DNA of 64,000 nt, taken from an uncultured Thiomicrospira sp. (GTDB lineage Bacteria > Pseudomonadota > Gammaproteobacteria > CAKMZV01). Under the pieces are notes generated by a model that was given only the letters and a program-made list of their open reading frames with translations, was not told where the DNA came from and ran no database searches. The stretch covers positions 1,696,001-1,760,000 of the forward strand of contig OZ239628.1 of the NCBI GenBank assembly GCA_965195345.1, in the 5' to 3' direction. Positions 41,507 through 53,033 of the stretch are shown one piece after another. Each line of letters begins with the position of its first letter. Position 1 is the first letter of the stretch. Position numbers and translations under genes: made by a program.

Positions 41507-42523
41507 ATGAAATTATCAACACTTGTACTTGCTGTAACAGCAAGTTTCATGGCTGCTGGAATAGCATCAGCCAAGTCAACACTGGAGTCTGTTAAGGCCA
41601 AAGGTTTTGTTCAATGCGGCGTTAGCACAGGATTACCTGGGTTTTCAACTGCTGGTGGTGACGGAAAATGGAGTGGCATTGATGCCGAATATTGTCAAGC
41701 GGTTGCAGCTGCGGTGTTTGGAGATCACAATAAAGTACGCTACACCCCTTTAACAGCTAAAGAACGTTTTACAGCGCTTTCGTCTGGAGAGGTGGACATC
41801 CTAAATCGTAATACTACTTGGACAATGCTTCGTGACACTCAGCTTGGTATTACCTTTGCTGGCGTTAACTATTATGACGGTCAAGGCTTCCTCGTTTCTA
41901 AAAAACTTGGCGTTAGTAGCGCAAGTGAAATGAATGGTGCGAGTTTTTGTATCCAAGCTGGTACAACTACAGAGTTGAACCTTGCGGACTTTTTCCGTTC
42001 AAAAGGCATGAAGTTTACAGCGATTACATACGATACTTCAGCACAATCTAAAGATGGTTTTGAGCAAGGACGTTGTAATGCATTGACTTCTGATCAATCG
42101 CAATTGGCAGCTATTCGTTCACAACTTAAAAACCCTGATTCAGCTGTTATCCTACCTGATGTTATCTCTAAAGAGCCTCTAGGACCAGTAGTTCGCCAAG
42201 GTGATGACCAATGGTTCAAAATTGTTCGTTGGACACACTTTGCACTTTTGAATGCTGAAGAATTGGGTGTTACTCAAGACAATGTTACCAGCATGAAATC
42301 TTCAAGCAATCCTGGCGTGCGTCGCTTACTTGGAGTTGAAGGTGATTTTGGAGTCAAGCTAGGTCTATCCAATGACTGGGCACTTAATGTCATTAAATCA
42401 GTAGGTAACTACGGTGAAGTCTTCAGACGTAATGTTGGAGCTGGTTCTATCCTAGGTCTACCTCGCGGCATTAATAACTTATGGAATAACGGTGGTGTTC
42501 AGTACGCGCCACCAGTTCGTTAG
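41507..42523 (+). CDS. aapJ: General L-amino acid ABC transporter substrate-binding protein
   Basis: Signal peptide from ATG 41507 (GGAG RBS); RNTTWT, ISKEPLGP and YAPPVR motifs. Confidence 0.93.
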   Translation: MKLSTLVLAVTASFMAAGIASAKSTLESVKAKGFVQCGVSTGLPGFSTAGGDGKWSGIDAEYCQAVAAAVFGDHNKVRYTPLTAKERFTALSSGEVDILNRNTTWTMLRDTQLGITFAGVNYYDGQGFLVSKKLGVSSASEMNGASFCIQAGTTTELNLADFFRSKGMKFTAITYDTSAQSKDGFEQGRCNALTSDQSQLAAIRSQLKNPDSAVILPDVISKEPLGPVVRQGDDQWFKIVRWTHFALLNAEELGVTQDNVTSMKSSSNPGVRRLLGVEGDFGVKLGLSNDWALNVIKSVGNYGEVFRRNVGAGSILGLPRGINNLWNNGGVQYAPPVR

Positions 42524-42537
42524 TTTTTAGAACGAAG

Positions 42538-42570
42538 AAAGGATCCATCATGTTTTTGATGGATCCTTTT
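42538..42570 (+). terminator. Intrinsic terminator or stabilising hairpin after aapJ
   Basis: Perfect 13-bp stem AAAGGATCCATCA-TGTTTT-TGATGGATCCTTT followed by T-rich sequence. Confidence 0.85.
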
Positions 42571-42688
42571 GTATTTAAGTATATATTTCCATTAACCACA
42601 TGATGATCATTAATTTTTTAGACATAAAATAGTTAGAAAATAAAATTTAAAAAATGAACACTAAATCATCTATCCTAATAAGTACAGC

Positions 42689-43852
42689 ATGCTAAAAGGC
42701 CTCAATAGTGAACGTAATCGTTCAATTATTTTTCAAATTATTGCTGTAATTGTCGTGATTTCTTTAGGTTTTTACCTATTTGAAAACATGCAAGAAAACA
42801 TGGCTAAGAGAAATCTTTCTTCTGGATTTGATTTCCTATCCAACAATGCAGGATTTCAGATTCTGTACAGCCCATTTATGGAGTTTTCTCCTTCGTTGGG
42901 AACATATTTTGACACTTTTCTAATTGGCATTGGCAACACTTTGCTCGTTAGCGTCTTAGGGATTATATCTTCTACTATTGTCGGCTTTGCGGTAGGGGTA
43001 TCTCGACTGTCTTCTAATTGGATAGTCAATCGTCTCGCTTTGATATATATTGAGCTGTTTCGTAACATCCCATTGCTTTTACAGATCATGTTTTGGTATT
43101 TCGCTATACTGATTCCTTCAATGCCGGGATCTACCGACCCCTTGTATCTTCTAAGCAATAATTTTATACTGAGTAATGAGGGTCTTATTTTTCCAGTAAT
43201 AATCGCCCAAGCAACCAGCACTGCATTCTGGATCGGTCTGCTTGTGGCACTCATTGGGTTCATTTTCTTCCGTCGTTGGGCCAATAATCGCCAAGCAAAA
43301 ACAGGGCAAATATTACCTGTCTGGACAATAATGATTTTGGGCTTTATTCTATTTGCTCTTATTTGGTACTTTTTATTAGATCCTTATGAATTTACTAAGC
43401 CCGCTAAGGAACGCTTTACTTTTGTTGGTGGTCCAGTATTGATTCCTGAGTTAGCTGCTTTGTGGTTCGCATTGACCACGTACACCAGTGCATTCATTGC
43501 TGAAACCGTTCGTGCTGGAATAGAATCAGTTCCTAAAGGACAAACTGAAGCGGCAAAATCATTAGGACTTTCTAACGCTAAGGCTTTGAGATTGGTTGTC
43601 ATCCCTCAAGCTTTGCGCCTAATCATTCCACCTCAAACCAGTCAATACTTAAACCTTGCCAAGAACTCTTCGTTGGCAACTGCTATAGGCTATCCTGACT
43701 TAGTTGCCTTATTTGCTGGAACAGCATTGAACCAAATAGGTAAGGCTGTTGAGATTATTTCAATGACTATGCTTGTTTATCTGACTATCAGTCTATGCAT
43801 TTCGATGCTAATGAATTGGTATAACCACAAAATTTCACTAACGGAGCGCTAA
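42689..43852 (+). CDS. aapQ: General L-amino acid ABC transporter permease
   Basis: FRNIPLLLQ, AFIAETVRAGI and KNSSLATAIGYPDL motifs; operon position. Confidence 0.92.
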   Translation: MLKGLNSERNRSIIFQIIAVIVVISLGFYLFENMQENMAKRNLSSGFDFLSNNAGFQILYSPFMEFSPSLGTYFDTFLIGIGNTLLVSVLGIISSTIVGFAVGVSRLSSNWIVNRLALIYIELFRNIPLLLQIMFWYFAILIPSMPGSTDPLYLLSNNFILSNEGLIFPVIIAQATSTAFWIGLLVALIGFIFFRRWANNRQAKTGQILPVWTIMILGFILFALIWYFLLDPYEFTKPAKERFTFVGGPVLIPELAALWFALTTYTSAFIAETVRAGIESVPKGQTEAAKSLGLSNAKALRLVVIPQALRLIIPPQTSQYLNLAKNSSLATAIGYPDLVALFAGTALNQIGKAVEIISMTMLVYLTISLCISMLMNWYNHKISLTER

Positions 43853-44952
43853 TGGTATCTGAATGGCGTAGCTACATTGTTCGGCAAACCGGGATTTACG
43901 GATGGATATTAAATAATTTATTATCCACTCCTGCCAATATTATCTTAACTGCCTTAGGTATTTGGTTTATCTCCTCTACCATCCCCTCATTTTTAAATTG
44001 GGCATTGTTTAATGCATATTGGGTAGGAACTAGTCCAGATGATTGTGGAACTGACGGCGCATGTTGGGTGTTTATAAAACAACAATTCAATATCATTATT
44101 TACGGATTCTATCCTCAAGATCAACTGTGGAGGCCTAATTTTGTTTTCTTTGCCACCATAGCATTGGTTTTAGGCTATAAACTTCCCATAGGTCGAAAAG
44201 GAAAAACATTTCTTTCTTTCTTTCTATTACTCATTTACCCCTTCATCATCACAGCCATTCTGCATGGCACGCTATTCGGCATTGAGTTTTTCAGTGAAGT
44301 AGAAACCGATCGTTGGGGCGGATTGATGTTGACATTAGTTCTCTCGGCAGTTGGAATTCTGGCCTCTTTTCCTATAGGAATATTACTTGCTCTAGGTAGG
44401 CGTTCTGATAACATGCCCATTATTCGTGCTTTTTGCATCATATTCATTGAATTTTGGCGAGGAGTTCCTTTAATCACGGTATTGTTCATGGCATCTGTCA
44501 TGTTGCCTTTGTTTTTGCCTGAAGGATCGGATTTTGAAAAACTAACCCGAGCACTTATTGGTATTACTTTATTTGAAGCAGCTTATATGGCTGAAGTGAT
44601 CAGAGGAGGCTTACAATCAATTCCTCGCGGACAATATGAAGCTTGTGATGCTTTAGGTTTAGGGTATTGGAGGAAAATGATTTTGGTTATTTTGCCTCAA
44701 GCAATTAAATTAGTAATTCCCGGTATTGTTAATACCTGTATTGCTTTGTTCAAAGATACTTCTTTGGTCTCTATTATTGGGTTATGGGACCTTCTTAACG
44801 CAGCTTACAACGCTACTCGCGACCCTCTATGGTTGGCGTATACGATCGAAGGATTTGCCTTTACTGCGCTAATTTATTTTATATTTTGTTTTGGAATGTC
44901 TCAATACAGCCAAATACTTGAACGCAGGCTCTCTTACACTGCAAAAACATAA
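43852..44952 (+). CDS. aapM: General L-amino acid ABC transporter permease
   Basis: GACW, WGGLMLTL, RGVPLITVLFM and FKDTSLV motifs. Confidence 0.92.
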   Translation: MVSEWRSYIVRQTGIYGWILNNLLSTPANIILTALGIWFISSTIPSFLNWALFNAYWVGTSPDDCGTDGACWVFIKQQFNIIIYGFYPQDQLWRPNFVFFATIALVLGYKLPIGRKGKTFLSFFLLLIYPFIITAILHGTLFGIEFFSEVETDRWGGLMLTLVLSAVGILASFPIGILLALGRRSDNMPIIRAFCIIFIEFWRGVPLITVLFMASVMLPLFLPEGSDFEKLTRALIGITLFEAAYMAEVIRGGLQSIPRGQYEACDALGLGYWRKMILVILPQAIKLVIPGIVNTCIALFKDTSLVSIIGLWDLLNAAYNATRDPLWLAYTIEGFAFTALIYFIFCFGMSQYSQILERRLSYTAKT

Positions 44953-44970
44953 TAAAACCATTTAAAAATT

Positions 44971-45720
44971 ATGAAAGAAAATACTGAAACGGTTATATCT
45001 ATAAAAAAGATGAATAAGTGGTATGGGGATTTTCACGTACTTAACGATATAGACCTTGACGTTCATAAAGGTGAAAAAATCGTTATATGTGGCCCTTCTG
45101 GTTCTGGAAAATCAACACTGATTCGTTGTATCAATCGTCTTGAAGCACACCAGAAAGGCGAAATAATTGTTTATGATCGCGAGCTAACCGACGACATTAA
45201 ATCCATTGAGCACGTGCGCCATCATGTTGGAATGGTCTTTCAATCTTTCAATCTTTTCCCTCATTTAACTGTTTTGGAAAACTTGATGCTTTCTCCAAAA
45301 TGGGTGAGCAAAACACCAGATGCTGAAGCAAGAGAAACGGCTCTTAAATATTTGAGCCGTGTTAAGATTTCCGAACAATCTGATAAGTACCCTGGTCAAC
45401 TGTCTGGTGGGCAACAACAACGTGTTGCTATTGCTCGCGCTTTGTGTATGAATCCTGACATTATGCTCTTTGATGAACCAACTTCGGCACTTGACCCTGA
45501 AATCATTAACGAAGTGCTTGAAGTCATGATTGAACTAGCAGAAGGTGGTATGACTATGTTGGTGGTCACTCATGAGATGGGCTTTGCAAGAAAAGTAGCC
45601 GATTGTGTGATGTTTATGGATCAAGGTGAAGTAATTGAAAGATCCTCTCCAGAACAGTTTTTCACCAACCCTGAAAGTCCGAGAACGCAAAAGTTTCTCG
45701 AACAAATAATCACACACTAA
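44971..45720 (+). CDS. aapP: General L-amino acid ABC transporter ATPase
   Basis: [24 protein letters not shown] and [11 protein letters not shown] motifs. Confidence 0.93.
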   Translation: MKENTETVISIKKMNKWYGDFHVLNDIDLDVHKGEKIVICGPSGSGKSTLIRCINRLEAHQKGEIIVYDRELTDDIKSIEHVRHHVGMVFQSFNLFPHLTVLENLMLSPKWVSKTPDAEARETALKYLSRVKISEQSDKYPGQLSGGQQQRVAIARALCMNPDIMLFDEPTSALDPEIINEVLEVMIELAEGGMTMLVVTHEMGFARKVADCVMFMDQGEVIERSSPEQFFTNPESPRTQKFLEQIITH

Positions 45721-47005
45721 AACGATCTTTTATTGCAACTAAGGCCTTTTCTGCTGCAATAATAGTTGCATCTATATCTTCGTCGCTATGTGCACTGCAA
45801 ATAAAGCCGGCCTCATAAGCAGATGGTGCAAAATAGAAACCTTCTCGAAGCATTTCATGAAAGAAAAAGTTATACAGTTGAACACCTGATGCAACTTGAG
45901 AAAAACGGCTAACCTGTTCGCTTGAACCAAAGAATAAACCAAACATCGCTCCAGCACGATTACAACTCATGGGAACATTGTTCTTTTTAGCTGCCATTAA
46001 AATACCATCGCATAATCGATTGCATTGATTGAACAAATGTTCATAAACATTTTCTTCTTCAATCAACTCAAGCATTTTTAATCCAGCGCTCATGCACAAC
46101 GGGTTGCCTGACAATGTACCTGCTTGATATACAGCTCCCATGGGAGAAAGCATCTCCATAATCTCTTCTTTCCCTCCAAACGCACCTACAGGCAATCCTC
46201 CACCTATTATTTTCCCAAGACACGTTAAATCTGGATTGATACCATATAGTCTCTGAGCGCCTCCAATGGAAACACGAAAACCACTCATTACTTCATCAAA
46301 AATCAATAACGTTCCATTTCTTTTGCATAAAATAGCCAGCTCTTCAATAAATTCTTTTTCAGCGGGTATACAATTCATATTACCCGCTACAGGTTCAATA
46401 ATGACGGCGGCCAATCGTTCACCATACTCATTAAAATTTGCACGTAAATTTTCTATATTGTTAAATTCAAAAACCAGTGTTAAATCGGTAAATTCCTTAG
46501 GAACACCTGGTGAATTGGGCTCACCATGTGTGAGCATCCCCGACCCTCCTTTTACCAACAAAGCATCTGCATGTCCATGATAACAACCTTCAAATTTAGC
46601 AATCAAATCTCGTCCCGTGTATGCTCGAGCTAATCGCAAAGCACTCATAGTAGCTTCTGTACCTGAATTTACAAAGCGTACTTTGTCCATTGAAGGAACG
46701 TGCTGCTTTATTTTTTCTGCCAGCTGTGTTTCCAGTTCTGTCGGTGCTCCAAAGCTCACTCCATTGTGAGCTGCCTCTATAATAGCATCGCGTATGACTG
46801 GATGATTATGTCCCATTATCATCGGCCCCCACGATCCCACATAATCAATATAAGACTTTCCTTCTATATCGTATAGCCAACAGCCATCTGCCTTTTTAAT
46901 GAATATTGGATCACCACCGACTCCTTTAAAAGCGCGTACCGGAGAATTAACACCACCGGGGATAACTTTTTTTGCCTGCTTAAAAGCTGTTTTGTTAGTA
47001 TTCAT
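45710..47005 (-). CDS. hemL: Glutamate-1-semialdehyde 2,1-aminomutase
   Basis: [30 protein letters not shown] and [12 protein letters not shown] motifs. Confidence 0.97.
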   Translation of the reverse strand: MNTNKTAFKQAKKVIPGGVNSPVRAFKGVGGDPIFIKKADGCWLYDIEGKSYIDYVGSWGPMIMGHNHPVIRDAIIEAAHNGVSFGAPTELETQLAEKIKQHVPSMDKVRFVNSGTEATMSALRLARAYTGRDLIAKFEGCYHGHADALLVKGGSGMLTHGEPNSPGVPKEFTDLTLVFEFNNIENLRANFNEYGERLAAVIIEPVAGNMNCIPAEKEFIEELAILCKRNGTLLIFDEVMSGFRVSIGGAQRLYGINPDLTCLGKIIGGGLPVGAFGGKEEIMEMLSPMGAVYQAGTLSGNPLCMSAGLKMLELIEEENVYEHLFNQCNRLCDGILMAAKKNNVPMSCNRAGAMFGLFFGSSEQVSRFSQVASGVQLYNFFFHEMLREGFYFAPSAYEAGFICSAHSDEDIDATIIAAEKALVAIKDRFSV

Positions 47006-47080
47006 TAGGTTTCCTAGAATTTAAATGCCACAATAAGGCTATTGTATAATGCTAGCACTCGATACACAAAGAAACAAACC

Positions 47081-48814
47081 TTGAATCAACCAACCAAAAC
47101 GCAGCAATATCTCCGACTATTGCAATATCTAAAGCAGGTAAAAGGCCTCGTAGCTATTGCAGTTGCTACCATGCTTATGGCAGCGGCAACAGAACCCTTG
47201 TTACCTGCGTTGATGGAGCCTTTAATTGATAGAAGCCTCATTGATAAAGATCGAACTTCAATTACTTGGATTCCACTTGCGATGCTTGCGCTATTTTTAG
47301 TGCGTGGCATCATTGATTACCTTAATCGAATAAGTACTGTTGCGATTGCTCAACAATCGATAGAACAATTACGTAACCAAATGTTTGCAAAATTACAATA
47401 CCTGCCTATGCACTCATTTGAAGAAAATACCAGTGGCTCTTTAATATCTCGATTTACGTTTGATGTCAATCAGATGGCCAACGCTTTATCTGAAGCTTGG
47501 GTGGTATTAATTCGTGACTCACTGGTTGTTTTAGCACTTGTTTCCTATCTGCTATACTTGTCTTGGCAGTTATCATTGGTGCTGCTTTTAGTCGGTCCAA
47601 TTGCAGGGTACATAATCCATCGAGCTTCTAATGCCATGCGCAAATATTCAGCAAATGCGCAGACTAAAATGGGCGATATGACTCATTTACTTGAAGAAAG
47701 TATTGAGGGACACCGTGATATAAAAATTTTTGCCGCTGAGCATACAGAGAAGAAAAGATTTAATAGTGTTTCTGCTGAAGTACGTGATCAATTATTGAAA
47801 ATAAATCGAATTGCGGCACTTAATGTCCCATTGGTTCAGGTGATTGCGGCAAGTTCAGTAAGCGTTGTACTATATATTGCTTTTGAAATGAATGCCCACT
47901 CTTTACTTTCTCCGGGGGTATTCGTCTCATACATAACAGCAATGGCGTTATTGTTTGAGCCCATTCGCCGCCTTACTCACGTTAACCCCGAAATTCAAAA
48001 AGGCTTAGCCGCCGCCGATACATTGTTCGCCATTCTTGATGCACCAGTAGAAATCGACAACGGAAACCAGGTCGCAACCAATATAAAAGGCGAAGTGCAG
48101 TTTAATGATGTGTTTTTTAATTACCCCAACGGTACAAAAGCACTTAAAGCCATTACTTTCAACATTAAAGCTGGAGAAAAAGTTGCCATCGTAGGCACTT
48201 CAGGCAGCGGAAAATCAACGATCATGAATCTATTGATGCGTTTTTATCATCCTCAAAATGGTGAAATTTGTATTGATGGCATTCCAATTAATGCACTCAC
48301 CCTTGAAAGTCTGCGCCAAAATATTGCATTAGTTAGCCAGAAAGTAGTACTCTTTGATGCTTCAGCAGGCAATAATATTGCTTTTGGAAGCAACTCCTGT
48401 GCAAGCAAAGCCGCGATTAAAGAAGCTGCCATTAATGCAGATGCAGATGCGTTCATTCAGACACTTGAGCATGGATACGACTCCAGAATAGGAGAAAATG
48501 GGTCATTGCTTTCTGGCGGACAACGACAACGCATAGCTATCGCTCGAGCATTTTTAAAAAACGCCCCCATTTTATTGCTTGACGAAGCATCATCAGCACT
48601 TGATAATGAATCTGAATCTGCCGTTCAAAAATCCATCGAAAAGTTAAGGCAAGGACGTACTACGCTGATTATTGCTCATCGACTATCGACCATAAAAAAT
48701 GCAGATCGAATAATCGTAATGCAGAATGGAAAAATCATTGATCAAGGAAACCATGAAACGCTTTTACATTCTTCAAAAGTCTATTCAAATCTTTACAAAG
48801 GAATGGAACGTTGA
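47081..48814 (+). CDS. msbA: Lipid A export ABC transporter MsbA-like
   Basis: TMD plus NBD with GTSGSGKST and LSGGQRQRIAIARA; LFEPIRRLT motif. Start is probably TTG 47081. Confidence 0.8.
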   Translation: MNQPTKTQQYLRLLQYLKQVKGLVAIAVATMLMAAATEPLLPALMEPLIDRSLIDKDRTSITWIPLAMLALFLVRGIIDYLNRISTVAIAQQSIEQLRNQMFAKLQYLPMHSFEENTSGSLISRFTFDVNQMANALSEAWVVLIRDSLVVLALVSYLLYLSWQLSLVLLLVGPIAGYIIHRASNAMRKYSANAQTKMGDMTHLLEESIEGHRDIKIFAAEHTEKKRFNSVSAEVRDQLLKINRIAALNVPLVQVIAASSVSVVLYIAFEMNAHSLLSPGVFVSYITAMALLFEPIRRLTHVNPEIQKGLAAADTLFAILDAPVEIDNGNQVATNIKGEVQFNDVFFNYPNGTKALKAITFNIKAGEKVAIVGTSGSGKSTIMNLLMRFYHPQNGEICIDGIPINALTLESLRQNIALVSQKVVLFDASAGNNIAFGSNSCASKAAIKEAAINADADAFIQTLEHGYDSRIGENGSLLSGGQRQRIAIARAFLKNAPILLLDEASSALDNESESAVQKSIEKLRQGRTTLIIAHRLSTIKNADRIIVMQNGKIIDQGNHETLLHSSKVYSNLYKGMER

Positions 48815-48897
48815 TGAAGACATTCTCCAATATCCATTTATACACTTGTTTGGAGTTTCTTTAAGAAAAACCAAGATAAAAAGAGTCTTTCAGCCAA

Positions 48898-49632
48898 TCA
48901 TTTAGGCAGATCTTTATCTGAAGAATAATTAGGCAGATCTTTTAAGTCAATTTCTTCAATATTTGCTTTTTTCAAAGAACCATTGATTTTCTCGAGTTTT
49001 TCATCAAGCAACTTTAAGTGATCTACCACGGCAGTAAATGCTTCTACCTCAGGATCGGGGGCATCAGGATTTAACCCATACGCCTCAAAACCCACTTTGG
49101 AAAACAAAGACGTTTGCGTAGTAACAATTTTTGCAGGGATGCCAACTGCAGTTGCTCCTGCTGGGACTTCCTTTACAACCACTGCATTTGAGCCAACACG
49201 AGCGTTATCGCCAATCAGTATTGGTCCCAATATTTTAGCGCCAGCACCAACAATTACTCCATCACCTAACGTTGGATGGCGTTTGACTTTTTGCCATGTA
49301 GTTCCTCCAAGCGTTACTCCTTGATAAACTGAACAATCATTGCCTATTTCAGTAGTTGCTCCAATAACAATACCCATGCCGTGATCTACAAAAAAACGTT
49401 CACCAATCTTTGCACCTGGATGAATTTCAACGCCAGTAAGTAAGCGCCCTACGTTAGAGAGCATTCGCGCAATTGTACACAGACCAATATTCCAAAGAAC
49501 ATGGGTAACTCTATACATATATACTGAATGGATACCTGTGTGTGTCAATACGACTTCCAAAACGCCTCGAGCTGCAGGGTCTCTTTCCAGAACGCATAAA
49601 GTATCCTGTCTAAAATGTCTAAAAAAACTCAT
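48898..49632 (-). CDS. cysE: Serine O-acetyltransferase
   Basis: ERDPAAR, TGVEIHPGA, DHGMG and KRHPTLG hexapeptide motifs. Confidence 0.96.
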   Translation of the reverse strand: MSFFRHFRQDTLCVLERDPAARGVLEVVLTHTGIHSVYMYRVTHVLWNIGLCTIARMLSNVGRLLTGVEIHPGAKIGERFFVDHGMGIVIGATTEIGNDCSVYQGVTLGGTTWQKVKRHPTLGDGVIVGAGAKILGPILIGDNARVGSNAVVVKEVPAGATAVGIPAKIVTTQTSLFSKVGFEAYGLNPDAPDPEVEAFTAVVDHLKLLDEKLEKINGSLKKANIEEIDLKDLPNYSSDKDLPK

Positions 49633-49651
49633 ATTTGTTTAACTTCTTTTT

Positions 49652-50176
49652 TCACTCTTTATAGCGCGCCATACCAGCAGTAATCTCATTTTTTGCAACA
49701 TCCACATCTCCCCAACCATCAATATTTACCCACTTCCCTGGTTCTAAAGATTTGTAGTGCGTGAAAAAATGTTCAATCTGTTCTTTAATGAGCGGAATGT
49801 CTTCAATTTTTTTCACATGTTTATAAATAGGCGTCAACTTGTCAACAGGAACTGCAATAACTTTTGCATCCTTACCACCGTCATCTGTCATTTCAAGCAC
49901 ACCAATAGGACGCGCTCGAATTACTGAACCTATCACCAGTGGATACGGCGTGATAACTAACACATCAACAGGATCACCATCTTCCGCCAATGTATTGTTA
50001 AGATAACCATAGTTAGCAGGATAGAACATCGGAGAGGACATAAAACGATCAACCCATACACTAGCCGTTTCTTTATCCACCTCGTATTTAACCGGAGCTG
50101 CGTTGGCGGGTATTTCAATAATGACATTTATGTCTTTAGGCGCGTCTTTACCAGTAGGAATATTTGCTATACTCAT
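49652..50176 (-). CDS. ppa: Inorganic pyrophosphatase
   Basis: KYEVDK, YPANYG and DGDPVDVLV motifs. Confidence 0.97.
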   Translation of the reverse strand: MSIANIPTGKDAPKDINVIIEIPANAAPVKYEVDKETASVWVDRFMSSPMFYPANYGYLNNTLAEDGDPVDVLVITPYPLVIGSVIRARPIGVLEMTDDGGKDAKVIAVPVDKLTPIYKHVKKIEDIPLIKEQIEHFFTHYKSLEPGKWVNIDGWGDVDVAKNEITAGMARYKE

Positions 50177-50566
50177 GATTCTTTTATTTCCAAAATATTA
50201 ATCGATAATCGTGATTGTACCAATTTACAGCGTTTCCTTTTCTTTGGAGATGAAATTATTTAACACATTAGAGGTGTATACTTTTAAGAAGAGTAGTTTT
50301 TATTAAAAATAACTACTTCGTGATGTTGCTATGCATTGATCCTTGAAGCATTAAAAAATCGATGGAAATAAATCATTAGTAATGATATGAAAATAAACTT
50401 GATAGGCATCAAATCCTTGCAAAACGATTAAAATGATAAATATTAATAGTAACTTTGTATAATGCCATAACTTTGATATTTAATGATATTGAAATAAAAC
50501 CGTTTTTTTACAAAATCACCTTGCACAGGAGACCTATTTCATGTTGCTAATTTCCTCAAAACAACG

Positions 50567-52981
50567 ATGAAGACGCATGCTCGAGTAGTAGTGATCGGAG
50601 GGGGTATTGCTGGCTGTTCAACGCTCTATCATCTAACACGCGAAGGATGGAATGATGTTGTACTGATTGAGCGCGACGAATTAACATCGGGGTCAACTTG
50701 GCATGCTGCTGCTCAAGTCACTCAGTTTGGCGCAAACCAGACAATGGTTGCCTTAAAGAGACACAGCATCAACCTTTACCGTGAGCTTGCTGCTGATTCA
50801 ACTCATCCGTTTGCCTATCACATAACAGGTGGCATGCGACTTGCCCACACGCAAGAGCAGGTCGATACCTACAAACACTTTGTCAGTATGGCGAGTGGTG
50901 TGAATGTTGAGATGGAATTTATCGGCGTGGAGGAAGTCGGAAAACGCCACCCACTTATTAATACCAAAGGTCTGATCGGAGCTTGGTGGGACCCTCTGGA
51001 TGGCGACATAGACCCTGCTGGAATAACGCTCGCACTTGCTCGGAAAGCTCGCGAAGCTGGTGCCGAAGTCTATCGATTCAATCCCGTCGAAAATATCACA
51101 CGCAAAGCAAATGGTGAGTTCATAGTGCATACTAAAAATGGCGACATCACTTGTGAAAAAGTGGTCAATGCTACCGGCTACCGCGTGAATGAAGTAGGTA
51201 ACATGCTTGGCGTTACCCATCCAGTGACATCGATGGAACACATGTATTTTGTAACCGACACATTGCCAGAGCTTGAAGCTTTGGACTTTATGGTGCCAAT
51301 TATTCGAGATCCGGGTGATGACTTTTATTCTCGCCAAGAAAAGAATGGATTGCTGGTAGGAATCTATGAACAAGGCTGTAAAACTTTTGGTATGGATGGC
51401 ATTGATCCGAACTTCACCCAAGCCCTGTGCCCATCAGACCTTGATCGCTGTCTCGATAACATGGAACAAATTTTTGAACGACTCCCTGCTTTAGAAAAGG
51501 CTGGAATCCATTCTGTTATCAACGGACCTATCACCTACACGATTGATGGCGCACCACTAATCGGGCAAATACCAGGCATTGAAAACGCCTACTGTGCGCT
51601 TGGTCTTCGAGCAGGTATTGGTGAAGCAGGTGGGCATGGCAAAATACTCGCTGAAATTATCGTTCATGGTGAGTCTGAATGGGATGCTTGGTGTTTAGAC
51701 CCTCGGCGTTTTACTCAGTACGCGACAACAGAATTCACTTCCATCAAAACTATTGAAGACTATCAAAACGAATTTCACTATCACCTTCCTCACGAACATC
51801 GACCAGCTGGACGTCCAATTCGTACAACACCGTTGTATCCACTACTCGATCAAATGGATTGCGCTTGGGGCGTCGTCAACGGTTGGGAAAGAGCACTGTT
51901 TTTCAAACCCAGTCGAGATTTTATCGATGAGCACAGCTATCGATTTACGCCAACCAAAGACATTGTTGCCGCAGAGATTGCGCACCTTCAAAACCATGTA
52001 AGCGTGATGGAAGTTTCAGGCTTCAATCGCTATGAAATAAGCGGAGAAGGCGTAGAAGCGTTTCTAAATCATATGGTTTGTGGACATGTTCCGACAGAGA
52101 TTGGCAAGCTTAGTCTTTGTTATCTATTGACTAAGAAAGGTAATGTCCTAAGTGAAGCCACGTTGGTCAAACTCGATGAGAATCTCTACTGGTGGGGTTC
52201 AGCAGCGGCATCCGAATGGCATGATCGTGATTGGTTAAATCATTTCAAACCCAAATCTGTCACTCTCACTGAACTTACAAACAGCCATACTACACTGGTT
52301 GTTGCTGGTCCCAAATCACGATCACTGCTGCAGGAAGTTTCTCCACGCTTTGACTTTACTGGAAAATCTCTTGGATGGTTGCGTTGTCAGGCGATATGCA
52401 TTGGCCACGTTGAGGTGGTTGTCATGAACGTGAGTTATTCAGGTGAGCTTTCCTATGAGTTGCATGTGCCGAACACTCAGCTAATCACTGTATGGAATAC
52501 TCTCAAACAAGCTGGTAAGCAGTACAACATGGGTGCCTTTGGCCTTTACGCTACTGAGTCGATGCGATTAGAGAAAGGTTTTCTGCATTGGAAGGCGGAT
52601 CTGATTTATGAATACAATCCGTTCGAGGCAGGTCTGGATCGTTTCGTAAAAATGGATAAATCCGATTTCATAGGCAAAGCTGCACTTATTAAGCAGGTTG
52701 AACGTGGCCCACGCAAACAGCTAGTATCACTAACTGTTGATTGCGATTTTGCCAGTGCCCATAACGGTGCTCCAGTATTTGCAGATGGTAATCTGACAGG
52801 CTCAGTTACTTCTGCTGGCTTCGGCCATCGAGTGAACAAAAATATTGCCTACGCCTATGTTCAACCAGAACATGCTGTCACTGGAATGAAATTGCAAGTA
52901 AATATTCTTGGAGAGCGTTATGATTGCGCAGTCGTACCGCCCGCTTTGTACGACCCGAAGTATGAGCGGATTCGAACGTGA
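50567..52981 (+). CDS. Dimethylglycine dehydrogenase-like flavoprotein (DAO + GcvT domains)
   Basis: IGGGIAG FAD motif; LTSGSTWHAA; C-terminal GcvT folate domain (SYSGELSYELH, MRLEKG); 804 aa. Confidence 0.88.
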   Translation: MKTHARVVVIGGGIAGCSTLYHLTREGWNDVVLIERDELTSGSTWHAAAQVTQFGANQTMVALKRHSINLYRELAADSTHPFAYHITGGMRLAHTQEQVDTYKHFVSMASGVNVEMEFIGVEEVGKRHPLINTKGLIGAWWDPLDGDIDPAGITLALARKAREAGAEVYRFNPVENITRKANGEFIVHTKNGDITCEKVVNATGYRVNEVGNMLGVTHPVTSMEHMYFVTDTLPELEALDFMVPIIRDPGDDFYSRQEKNGLLVGIYEQGCKTFGMDGIDPNFTQALCPSDLDRCLDNMEQIFERLPALEKAGIHSVINGPITYTIDGAPLIGQIPGIENAYCALGLRAGIGEAGGHGKILAEIIVHGESEWDAWCLDPRRFTQYATTEFTSIKTIEDYQNEFHYHLPHEHRPAGRPIRTTPLYPLLDQMDCAWGVVNGWERALFFKPSRDFIDEHSYRFTPTKDIVAAEIAHLQNHVSVMEVSGFNRYEISGEGVEAFLNHMVCGHVPTEIGKLSLCYLLTKKGNVLSEATLVKLDENLYWWGSAAASEWHDRDWLNHFKPKSVTLTELTNSHTTLVVAGPKSRSLLQEVSPRFDFTGKSLGWLRCQAICIGHVEVVVMNVSYSGELSYELHVPNTQLITVWNTLKQAGKQYNMGAFGLYATESMRLEKGFLHWKADLIYEYNPFEAGLDRFVKMDKSDFIGKAALIKQVERGPRKQLVSLTVDCDFASAHNGAPVFADGNLTGSVTSAGFGHRVNKNIAYAYVQPEHAVTGMKLQVNILGERYDCAVVPPALYDPKYERIRT

Positions 52982-53033
52982 ATAACTAAAATCATTGCGC
53001 CTGCATACAGCACAATGAGCATTTAAACACACG